From Eledone cirrhosa (taxonomy: Eukaryota), in NCBI GenBank assembly GCA_964016885.1, contig OZ024742.1:218550001-218614000 (forward strand): 64,000 bases of DNA. The letters are read 5' to 3'. Below the pieces are notes generated by a model. The model was not told the DNA's origin, ran no database searches, and saw nothing but the letters and a program-made list of their open reading frames with translations. Of this stretch, positions 40,811-51,876 are shown one piece after another. Each line of letters starts with the position of its first letter. Within the stretch, counting starts at the first letter, position 1. The position numbers and the translations under genes were made by a program.

Positions 40811-42370
40811 TTCTCCATTTCAAACTGCTCATTATGTATGTTTTTGACAAAATTCATAAATCACCTAGTTTAACACCACCATGTTCTTGGGTGTCCTTAT
40901 TGGAGTCCACTCCATTGCAAGCATTCATATCATGTCTCAAGTTAGAGATACTTTTCTCTCTTACTACCCACCACCAGTCTCCTTCCCTCATTAACTAAAC
41001 AATAAAATGCCCAAATTTATCATTCATATTACTTGGATCAATAAGCTGCGTATCATTTGAGTATTGGCAGTCAAACCATTTGACTATATTTCCTAATATG
41101 CAACGAATAGCCAAAGTTGTTAGGGCATCAGACTGAAAATGCCTCAATATTTGTTCCAGTTCTCTGTGCTCTGAGTTCAAATCCTGCTATGGTCAACTCT
41201 GCCCTTCATCTTTCGAGGTCAATAAATAAAATACCAGTCAAGTACTGGGATCAATTTTTCTTCTCTTAGGAAGAAATCAGCTGTGTTCTGACCTGGAGAG
41301 GGATGGGCTCCACCAGGTTTTAAAAGCCTAGGATATGTCACTGTCTCTAGAACACCATCAGTAGTTAAGAGCCACTTTTTTACCTCCAAATATGGATGAC
41401 TTATTAACTAATGTGTTTTCCTTGAACAGTTAATGTTAATCTTGTTGTTGTTGTTGTTGTTGTTGTTCTTGTTGTTGTTCTTATTATTATTTTTCTTCTT
41501 CTTCTTCTTCTTCTTCTTCTTCTTCTTCTTCTTCTTCTTCTTCCCCTCCCTCTCCTCCTCCTCCTCCCTCTCACCTGGGAGGGTCGTGAGGACAGAGTCC
41601 CCAAACACTCCTTTCAGTGCATCCTATCAGAGGCAACTGTCTCCAGTTGTTACATTTAGGATGTTATCCAACTATCATGCCCAGAGTCTACTTCTAGGTC
41701 TCCTTCTAGTTGGTTTTGCCCATAAAATCTGTCCTGCGATTCTTTCCTGAGACATTCTAACCACATGTCCATAGTATCAGAGCTGTCATCTATCAAATCA
41801 GAGAAGTAGCAGCTCTACTTGGAGTGATTCTCTGATCTCTGAGTTACACACTCTATAGTATAACATTACTTCAAAGGCCTATGTTAACCTAATTATGAAT
41901 TTTGTTGAAACCATTAAGTAATTATTTTACTTGACATGGTTAATAACATTGTATATATCGGTAAATTGACAGAGTTGTAGGAAAGTTGGATAGAATGCTT
42001 TGCAGTATTCATTCCAGCTCTCTTCACACTGAGTTCTGATCCTGCTGAGGTTAATTTTGCCTTCCATCTTTTCAAGGTTGATAAAAAAAAATACTAGTCT
42101 AGTACTGGGGCCGATTCTTCCTCTATATTTCTTTCTCACTTCCTCCCTATCATGCGTTCTCTCTTCTCTGAAAGAAATTGGCTGTATTTAAACCTGCAGA
42201 GGGGATGGGCACTACCAGGTTTTTAAAAAATTCTCAAGACATGCTGTATGTCATTATGCCACCTTTACAACTTCATCAGGAGTTATGAGCCCATACATAG
42301 AATTACATTGTATTACGTTATATCACATTGAACTTTTAATTTCTCGTTGTAACTGTAATTTTCTCTGCAG

Positions 42371-42542
42371 CCACAACAAATATCGGACCTGTGTTAAATT
42401 ACTCCTACAGCGTGGTGCTAATCCTGATGCTGCTTTCTATCCATGGCCAGTACTCTTCTTTGCGATTAGAGCAGGTGATGTAGACATGGTGAAGACACTT
42501 TTATTGAAGAATGCATCAACTTTAGTCTCTCTCCCAGAGGAA
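42371..42542 (+). CDS. ANKMY1: ANKMY1-like exon 7 (ankyrin)
   Basis: CAG|C-HNKYRTCVKLLLQRGANPDAAFYPWPVLFFAIRAGDVDMVKTLLLKNASTLVSLPEE|GTAAGT; 172 nt, completes the phase-2 codon. Confidence 0.93.
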
Positions 42543-43407
42543 GTAAGTTACAATTTCTTTACTCTCTTTCTTTCATTGCCATATTGACAATTATTTTGTT
42601 TCCCGATTCATCACAGAGAAAATATACTATATACATTATTGTTGCTTGTGTTGAAAGCTTCTAAAGAGTAATCCATTTGAAAGCTATCTCCTTCATTTGT
42701 ATAGATGTCTCACTATAACACGTGGGCCATGGATAAACTAATATCATTTTTGGTCTGTTTTATCTTAATACTTTGTGAATATAGAGTAAAGTGGACTCTT
42801 CAGTTTGGCTGAGCAGATGGCAAACAATCTATTGCTGGTATCACATTAAGATGTGCTCAGTACACTTAAGAAAAAACACCTAGTATGTTATATAAAGTGA
42901 TTGTGGTGTTGTTAAATGTATTTACTATAGTGTTGGTGGTTGTGGTGTTGTTTAATGTTTGTACTATAGTGTTTGGTGGTCGAGATGATGTTAAATTTAT
43001 GTACTATTGTGTCTATGTTAGTGATTGTGGTGCTGTTGATATTGTCTTCTTCTACCTCAATATCCCATAACAACTGAGGGTCTGCTGATGGTAGATTAAC
43101 AAATCCTGAAATACATTTATACAGCACTCTTATGCAAGTACTAAGTAGCTGTGATTTAATCAGAGCTTAAAATACTCACATCAAGAGCCATCATCATCAT
43201 CACTGTTTAACATACATTTTTTCATGCTAGCATTGATTAGATGATATTTTTGTATTTATTATACATAAACATAAGTTACCCTATGGCAGTAGTATCACTG
43301 AAGATTTTCTTGAACATTCTTTCTAATATTTCTATGAGTTAATGCAACAGAATGTGAATGAGCATTGCACATCTAACCAAGCATTATATTTGTGATGTCT
43401 TTTTTAG

Positions 43408-43548
43408 GAAGGTGGTGTCACTCCCCTACACGTTGCTTGTGGAATGCCTGGTAAAGAAGGAATTCAGATTACAGAATTATTGCTCAATTCTCTTGCTGAT
43501 GCTAATGCTAGGGCTGCTCCTGATGCCTCTTACACAAACTATGCAACG
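43408..43548 (+). CDS. ANKMY1: ANKMY1-like exon 8 (ankyrin)
   Basis: TAG|EGGVTPLHVACGMPGKEGIQITELLLNSLADANARAAPDASYTNYAT|GTCAGA; 141 nt. Confidence 0.92.
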
Positions 43549-44106
43549 GTCAGATCAAGTTGTTTCTTCTTCTTCTTCTTCTTCTTCTTCTTCTCCCCCC
43601 CCCCTCTTCTTCTTCTTCTTCTTCTGCTGCTGCTGCTGCTGCTGTTGCACTTCTTGCCAGTATTAATATATCTAATCGGAATTCATGAAACCCATAATAT
43701 ACACCAGCATTTGGGACAACTGGCTCTACAGTCAAACCAGCAAGGGAGATTCTAGGTGGCCAATTGACCTGCACACAATAGCAGCCAAATCCCCTACACC
43801 TCATTGTCCTAAAATGGGAAAGATTGCTAGATAATGTATTCCTAGATGCACTCAGAACAGTCTGGTCATAGATGGAATGCTTTTAATCACAAGTCTGCTT
43901 TTATTTAGCAAGATTTATATATATATATAAACAACATTTTGTTTCACTCTTAACATGATATCTAAGTGGATACCTACATGAGTGAATAACAATAATATGA
44001 TAATAATATCATATTCGATTTGTTTAGAAGTAAACAGATTCATAAAACACCACATGGTAGATGACATCTTCCTTTTGTTCTAGTGATAGCTGAGAGAAAA
44101 CAATCG

Positions 44107-44159
44107 ACAATCGACAATTGTTAATTGTTTCGGAGTGTCTTGCTCCTTGTCAAGATTGT
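44107..44159 (-). ncRNA. Type I hammerhead ribozyme, U3-A8 core variant (complete)
   Basis: Minus strand: ACAAUC [UUGACAA] GGAG-caagaca-CUCC [GAA] ACAAUU-aac-AAUUGU [C] GAUUGU. Stems I, II and III have 6, 4 and 6 perfect pairs, with a GUC cleavage triplet. Confidence 0.85.
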
Positions 44160-44179
44160 GTATTCGTGCATGAATAATA

Positions 44180-44362
44180 ATAATTGTTTCTACTTTAGGC
44201 ACAAGGCCAGCAATTACCCAGTACATTACTGGTACTTTATTTTATTGACCCCGTAAGGATGAAAGGCAAAGTCAACCTCGGCGGGATTTGAACTCAGAAT
44301 GACAAGGGCCGTAACTCTATGCGTCAAAGCATGGCGTCCGACCCTCTACCGATACTGCCAAT
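44180..44362 (-). mobile_element. SINE family 1 copy (others at ~23030-23190, 23840-24005, 30845-30910, 41095-41260, 41965-42120, 51666-51850)
   Basis: Same A/B boxes and core as the copy at 24296. Confidence 0.88.
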
Positions 44363-44480
44363 AATAATAATATTATAATAATATCATAACACTATTAATA
44401 TTTGGTCTGTTTACAAGTAAACAGCCTCATAAAACACCACATGGTAGATGACGACATCATCCTTTTGTTCCAGCAGTAGC

Positions 44481-44690
44481 AAATGAGGCTGGTCAGCCAA
44501 TGTATACATTTGAGAATGCCATGTATTCTCAGTAGTTCCAGCAGATATCAGAGACGAGAGAATAAACAATCTTGACAAGGAGCAAGACACTCCGAAACAA
44601 TTACTCTCAGCTACTGCTGGAACAAAAGGATGTCATCAACTCTACCTCTGAATATTATTATAATATTATTATTATTCACTCACAAATACA
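44481..44690 (+). mobile_element. Second copy of the hammerhead-bearing repeat; the ribozyme has lost its cleavage strand
   Basis: ACAATC TTGACAA GGAG caagaca CTCC GAAACAATTA joins directly to CTCTCAGCTAC; AATTGTCGATTG is missing. Preceded by an inverted fragment of the same repeat (44408-44480). Confidence 0.8.
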
Positions 44691-44742
44691 CACACACACA
44701 TATATGTGTGTGTGTTCTACTCTCTGGACCCCTGCTATATAT

Positions 44743-45078
44743 ATCATCATCATCAATTTACGCTCGCTTTTCCCTGCTTGCAAGGGTGGCACGGGAACTG
44801 ATTCTGGCTTGATTTCTACAGCTGGATGCCCTTCCTAACACCAACCTAATTTACAGTGAGTGCTGGGTGCTTTTTTGCCGTGGCACCTCCACGACCACTT
44901 TGCAGTGGAATGATATGGACCCCAGTCCCTATCATCTCATTTCTACAGCTGAGTAAACTGGAGCAATGTGAAATAAAGTGTCTTGCTCAAGGAAACAACA
45001 CATCACCCGGCCTGAGAATTGAACTCACAACCTTTCGATTGCAAGGCCAATGCTCTAACCACTAAGCCATGTGCCTCC
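44743..45078 (-). mobile_element. SINE family 2 (young, antisense)
   Basis: Reverse complement of the copies at 36461, 47918 and 57260. Confidence 0.92.
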
Positions 45079-45104
45079 ATATATATATATGTATATATAT
45101 ATAG

Positions 45105-47460
45105 CAGGGAGTAGGAGAGCGACTTGGCGGTGGAATAGTAGGGTGGATGAAACAAGGCCAAGAGACAGGCATGGAAGGAATGGCAAAATGGAAGTAGCAG
45201 AGAGCTTTACCAAGTGGCCAGGAGAGAGGTGAAGCAACAAGTATACTTTGCAAGGAGGGAAGTGGAAATTTTTAAAAAATGGCATGATGACCAAAAGCGC
45301 GAGGTGTTCAGGATTGCAAAGTAGTGTGTCAGGGAAAATGATGTTGTGGGAGAGAAGTGTGTTTACGATAATAATGATGCACTTGCCCTCACTGAAACTG
45401 AAAAGAAGGCAGCATGGAAGTGTCATTATGAGAGACTGATGAATGTGGAGAAGGTGTGGGAAGAAGATAGCTTGCCCCAGGTAGACCTCACAGAGGGACC
45501 AACAGTACAAGTTAGTAGCAGTAAGGAAAGCAATTAAAGACATGAAAACAGGCAAATCAGCATGGCTATCGGGAATAGATGCTGAGATGCTGAAAGCATC
45601 TGGGATGGTAGGACATATCATAACCACTTATATTGATAACCAAATAATACAAAATGGTGCTACATTGGCAAAAGTCTTGCACTAGACAGAGGGAACTATC
45701 GAGGCATCAAACTGATGGACCAGGTCATGAAAGTTACAGAAAGAGTCATTGTACAACTGATTAGGCATCAAATTAACCTAGATGAGATGCAGTTTGGATT
45801 CGTGCCAGGAAAAAGTACCATGGATGTCCTCTTCTTTGTGAAGCAACTGCAGGAGAATTACCTAGCTAAAAGAAAACTCCTCTACTTAGCATTTGCCTAG
45901 AGAAAGCTTTTGACAGGGTTCCACATTCTGTAATCTGGTGGACACCTAGGAAACTAGGTGTAGAAGAGTAGCTTGGGAGGGCGGTACAAGTCATGTACAG
46001 ATGAGCTATTAGTAAGGTTAAAGTTAATAACGACTAGAGCAAGGAATTTAGTGTGCAAGTTATGGTCCACCAAGGTTCCATCCTTAGCTCTCTCTTGTTT
46101 ATTATCGTCTTCCAGGCTATAACAGAAGAGTTTAAAACAGGATGCCCTTAGGAACTGATAATCTAACTATCATAGCTAAATCTATGACAAAACTAGAGAA
46201 AAAATTCCTGACCTGGAAGTTTAACCTGGAATCAAAAGGTCTCAAAAAGTCAACTTGGCAAAGACCACAGTTCTAGTAAGTAGTAAGAAAATTAAGGCCT
46301 TGACCCCTTCTAGGAAATGGCCCTGCTCAATGTGTAGGAAAAGGGTGGGTAGAAATTCCATCCTCTGTCCAAATGCAAGCTATAGGTACATAAGAGATGT
46401 AGTGGAACTTCAGGTAGTTTAGCTAAATAAAAAACACTCACCAAATTCTTGGAAGGTTTTGTAGAAGCAGTTGACAGCTTCTGCTATCAAGGTGACGAAA
46501 TAAGCCATGGAGGTGGATGTGCCAAAAGTATGGTAGCAAGAGTGAGAATAGGATGGAAAAAGTTCAGGGAGCTACTACCCCTGCTAGCTACAAAAGGTTT
46601 TACCCTCAAAATGAAGGGCAAATTGTATAATGTGTGTATATGAACAGCATTGTTGCATCATAGTGAGACCTGGACACTGTGGACCTGCGAAGATTGGAAA
46701 GAAATTAAGCTAGCATTCTTCGATAGATGTGTAATAGTAATATATGTGAATGGCAAAGCATAAATGTACTGAGAGAGAAACTGGGCATAAGAGGGATCAG
46801 ATGCAGTGTACAGAAGAGGAGATTACGTTGGTATAGACATGTGATCTGTATTCCAGATGACAACTGTATAAAAAGGTGCAGGGCACTCAAAGTTGAAGGA
46901 AAATATGGAGTAGGATGACCTAGGAAGACTTGGGATAAATGATAAAAACTGACCTTTCAAAATTACACCTCTCAAAGGTGATGACACAGGATCGTGATTT
47001 CTGGCATTATGCAATAATACAGAGGACCCACTTTTCCATGTGCACAGGCTGAAACATACATCTAGTACGCACTACTCTCCCTTACCTCCCCTTCCCCTTT
47101 CCATACAACTCCAACGCCCCAACACAGCCCTTGACCACCACCACCCCTAGATCTATCTCTCTAATCCCCATGTATCTATTGCCCACTCCAGCCACACTGC
47201 AAAGTGGTTGTTTCTGGTGTCACGACAAAAGCGTCCAATCCACACTGTAAAGGGGGTTGTGTAGATGATACAACAAAAAGCACCTAGTCCACACTGAACA
47301 TATTATTGGCATTAGGACGGACATCCAGCCATAGAAACCAAGCCAAAATTGGTCCAGTGTGAGCTGGAGATGGTCATCTTTTCTGGCTTGGCTCACATCT
47401 AGACAATTCGTCTAACCCATGCTAGCATGAAAAAATGGACGTTAAACAGTGATGATGATG
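45105..47460 (+). mobile_element. RTE-clade LINE, 5' truncated and degenerate
   Basis: NYRGIKLMDQVMKVTER, EMQFGFVPGKST, EKAFDRVP, VHQGS.LS.LLF, ARVRIGWKKFRELLPLL, RRLRWY.HV; many stops; 3' UTR ends in (GAT)n. Confidence 0.9.
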
Positions 47461-47592
47461 AAGATATATATTCATATATATACATATATGTTATTCTACC
47501 TGGAGTTGCGACCGATAGACAGTATTAGCAATTGGAAAGACCAACGGAAACAGTGTTTCCTCGGTCCGATTTGACGAAAGTCGATCGACTGT

Positions 47593-47668
<76 letters not shown>

Positions 47669-47860
47669 CAATAATTATTTCTGCTTTTGGCACAATGCTA
47701 TCGGTTTGAAGGGAAGGGGAAGGTTGATTAAATTGAGCCAGTATGTTACTGGTGCTTTCTTTTATTGACTCCTCAAAGATGAAAGGGCCATATCTATATG
47801 CCATAATGCTTGTTGTATGATGCTTTACCCATACTGCCAAACTGCCTCCTCCCCTATATG

Positions 47861-47917
<57 letters not shown>

Positions 47918-47918
<1 letters not shown>

Positions 47919-48262
47919 GAGGCACATGGCTTAGTGATTAGAGCATTGGCCTTGCAATCGAAAGGTTGTGAGTTCAATTATCAGACCGGGTGATGTGTTG
48001 TTTCCTAGAGCAAGACACTTTATTCCACATTGCTCCAGTTTACTCAGCTGTAGAAATGAGATGATAGGGACTGGGGTCCATATCATTCCCCTGCAAAGTG
48101 GTCGTGTAGGCGCTACGGAAAAAAAAGCACCCAGCACTCACTGTAAATGAGGTTGGTGTTAGGAAGAGCATCCAGCTGTAAAAATCAAGCCAGAATCAGT
48201 TCCCGTCCCACCCTTGCAAGCAGGGAAAAGCGGGCGTAAAATGATGATAATGATGATGATAT
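47918..48262 (+). mobile_element. SINE family 2 (young copy)
   Basis: As the copy at 36461. Confidence 0.92.
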
Positions 48263-48308
48263 AGTAATAATAAATCCAAAATTCAAAATCTGTGCTAATA
48301 ATATATAT

Positions 48309-48653
48309 AAATGTCTAAGTTTCATAAAGCTGGTACAATTTGGTTGGAATATATAAAGGGCAAAGGATGACAAAGAAAATAAAACAAAGTAATGTTTCTA
48401 TCCAGTATATTTCAACATGATATTTCATGGCTATTACCCTCTTTTCTACTGTAAAATGAAAACAGTTCATAACAAAATCGAACGGTCGATGTGTTTTTCC
48501 CTAATACATTTGAAAAAAGGATAATAGTCTTGTAATAATTATGTTGAAATACACTGGGTAAAAACATTACTTTGTTTTGTTTTATTTGTCATCATTTGCC
48601 CTTTATATATTTCCCCCACATTGTACCAGCTTTCTGAAATTTATCAGACATTT
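48309..48653. repeat. Imperfect inverted repeat, arms of ~140 bp (48309-48445 / 48513-48653)
   Basis: AAAGCTGGTACAA...TATATAAAGGGCAAA.GATGACAAA...AAAACAAAGTAATGTTT mirrors AAACATTACTTTGTTTT...TTTGTCATC.TTTGCCCTTTATATA...TTGTACCAGCTTT. Confidence 0.9.
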
Positions 48654-48701
48654 ATTACATATCTCACAATGTTTCATGTTTCTATTTAATTTCTCATTCT
48701 T

Positions 48702-48737
48702 TCTTCTGATGAAGGACTAGCGTCCAAAACGTTAAGA
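48702..48737 (+). ncRNA. Minimal Penelope-type hammerhead, probably inactivated (GAAA changed to AAAA)
   Basis: TCTT CTGATGA A GGAC-tagc-GTCC AAA ACGT T AAGA; palindromic ACGT stem III; catalytic G12 replaced by A at 48726. Confidence 0.65.
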
Positions 48738-48822
48738 CCCTCTTCCTGCTATTTCAATCGTTAACCTAATATATTCCTTCAAAATACTGTACCGATTGTG
48801 TTGTTATTTCTGTTTACCCTTT

Positions 48823-49068
<246 letters not shown>

Positions 49069-49087
49069 TTCTTTTTATATTTTAAAG

Positions 49088-49189
49088 AAGGATGAATGGG
49101 AAAATGATACAGTAGATCAAGAGGCAGCAGGAATTCTTGGAGGACGTACTCCATTACATATTGCTTGTGCACGAAATGATAACTTTGAG
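49088..49189 (+). CDS. ANKMY1: ANKMY1-like exon 9 (ankyrin); tandem acceptor, start 49088 or 49091
   Basis: AAG|AAG|DEWENDTVDQEAAGILGGRTPLHIACARNDNFE|GTATCC. Confidence 0.9.
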
Positions 49190-49827
49190 GTATCCTATCC
49201 AATTTGATTGTCCAAAATTTTTGTGTCAACATTGATCAACATTGATTGATAAGTAGGTAGGAATTAAATACACACACACTCTCGCTTCTAATTTTTTTTT
49301 TTTTTAATGGGGGTGAAACCCCCACATACCCACTAAATAAAACAGCTAGAAACTACCTGGAAAAAGCATGCTACTATTTGTCAGTAATACCTCAGACAAT
49401 AGTCCAACTCCAAAGAGGAATAATACCATCACCATCAGCTGAACATTGCCCCACCACCTTCTTTTAGCTAGGATGGGTAGGCTGTATTATTTGCCTGGTG
49501 GCCATGGCAAAAAAGGGTCAAATAGTGGACACATTTGAAAGAGTTGAAGACAAGCACTTTTATCTTTGATGAAGCCCTCGTCAATTTTTTCAAGTTTCAC
49601 TTGAAGAAAATTAGGGTGCAGATGGAAGTGCTGCCTTCCAACCAATTTGTTGAAAGATGGATAAGAGTGGCAAGTATAGTCTGAGTAAATGAACCTGCTC
49701 TGAGTATGTATGTAACTCTAGATTGAAGGAAGACTACTGGGTGGGAGCAATTGCACTGCAAGTCCGGGTTATCATGGATTTTTTGTGAGCTTTCTCCAAA
49801 AGTGACCCTTGAAAGTCTCATCAATAT

Positions 49828-51622
49828 TGGGGACTTTTTCAGGGTGACTCTTTATCACCGCTTTTATTCTGCATCGCGCTTATACCATTAAGTAAAATGC
49901 TCAATGAAACAAAACATGGATATAGAGTCTATGACAAAATCATTAATCACTTGTTCTACATGGATGACCTGAAACTATTTGCAAAAAATGATGAGCAATT
50001 GCAAGGGCTATTATCAGTGGAGTTTGGACTAGATAAATGCACCAAAGCAACGTTCACCAGAGGAAAGCTGCTGAGAAGTTCAGACATTAATCTTGATCGG
50101 GGGAATGTGATAAGAGAACTTAATCAAGAGGTAACTTACAAATATCTAGGTATTTGTGAAGGAGACGGAATCAAGCACTCGACAATGAGGGAAAGGATAA
50201 GGAAGGAATGTTACCGCAGAGTAAGAGCAATCTTAAGAACGGAGTTGAATGCAAGGAATAGGATCGATGCCATAAACCCGCTTGCCATACCAGTAGTAAC
50301 CTACAGTTACAATGTCATCAACTGGTCAAGCACAGAGATCCATAGGCTCGATACAAAAATTAGAAAATTCTTAACCATGCACAGAATGCATCACCCTAAG
50401 GCAGATACAGATAGAATATATCTCCCTAGGAAAGAAGGAGGACGTGGGTTAATCCAGTTAGATATTGCTTTGAAAACTGCAACAATTGGATTTAATTAGA
50501 TCTACATATCTAAGGGAGGTATATGATTGGATGATCAAACTCGTTTTGAAACATGAAAGCACCAAAAGATCATACTCCATTACAAAAGATGCACAAATAT
50601 ACAGTAATGAACTACAAATTTCAGAAGTTCCCTTCACTGTAGAAATGAAAAACACAGAAAAAGCAAAGCAGGTAAAAGTAACTGCAAAGAAAGAATTTCT
50701 ACAGAAACTGGCTAAGAAATAGCAAGAAAATCTCTGTATGGAAAATACCCAGAAAGAGCTAACAATCCTGATGTTGACAAAACTTTAACTCATCAGTGGT
50801 TGGTATCCTCTGGACTGAAATCGGAGACTGAAGGACTGATTATATCAGCACAAGATCAGTGTCTGCCAACAAAAAATTATCAAGCCAACACCATAAAAAA
50901 TGGATGCAACTGATTATGCCGTGTATGTAAAAAACAACCAGAGACTATTGATCATATAATTTCAATGTGCAGTCCTATAGCTCCAACCGAATACCTAAAC
51001 AGGCACGACAGAGCTGCACAATACATACATTGGATAATGTGTAAGCATTTTGACCTGCCCCATCAAAAGAATTGGTGGGAGCATCAACCACCTCCCATAC
51101 TTGAAAATGATCACATCTCAATTTTCTGGAACTTTAGCATCCAAACAGACCGAAAAATAGATGCAAATAGACCTGATATAATACTGAAGGACTTTAAAAA
51201 GAGGGTATGCCTGCTAACTGATATGTCCGTTCCAATAGATAAGAATGTATCTATAAAAAACATTTGAAAAATTGAGCAAGTATAAAGACCTGGAGATAGA
51301 GATTGGAAAAATGTGGAAATTGAGAACTAAAACAATACCAGTGACTGTAGGTACTCTAGGAATGATACCTAAGGGGTCTAATGATTACTTATCCCAAATC
51401 CCAGGAGACCTGCATATAGAAGAAATACAAAAGATAATACTAATGGGAACTGCCCATATACTAAAGAAGATTCTGTCAATATAAGTACATCACAAGTCTA
51501 AACACCTAAAGATGCATCTGTGTGTATGGTTCTTTCTTAAACATGGCGGACCTTGTTGTCTCTTGAGGTCACTGGTTGTGACTTGGGTAATAACTCATGT
51601 GAACATAAAGCAAGATAAATGA

Positions 51623-51665
<43 letters not shown>
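49828..51665 (+). mobile_element. R4/Dong-like non-LTR element (RT plus restriction-like endonuclease), 5' truncated, with (AAT)n tail
   Basis: GLFQGDSLSPLLF, HLFYMDDLKLFA, RKEGGRGL, CRVC...ETIDHIISMC, YLNRHD, RPDII, KYKDL; a few stops and frameshifts. Confidence 0.88.
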
Positions 51666-51667
<2 letters not shown>

Positions 51668-51876
51668 TGTTTCTACTTTTGGCACAAGGCCAGCAATTAC
51701 CCAGTTCATTACTGGTACTTTATTTTATCGACCCCGTAAGGATGAAAGGCAAACTTAACCTCGGCAGGATTTGAACTCAGATCGCAAAGCAACGTAACTA
51801 CGCTGGAAAGCATGTCCAACCCTCTACCGATGCTGCCAATTCACCGCCCTTGAATTGTAATAATAATAATAATAAT

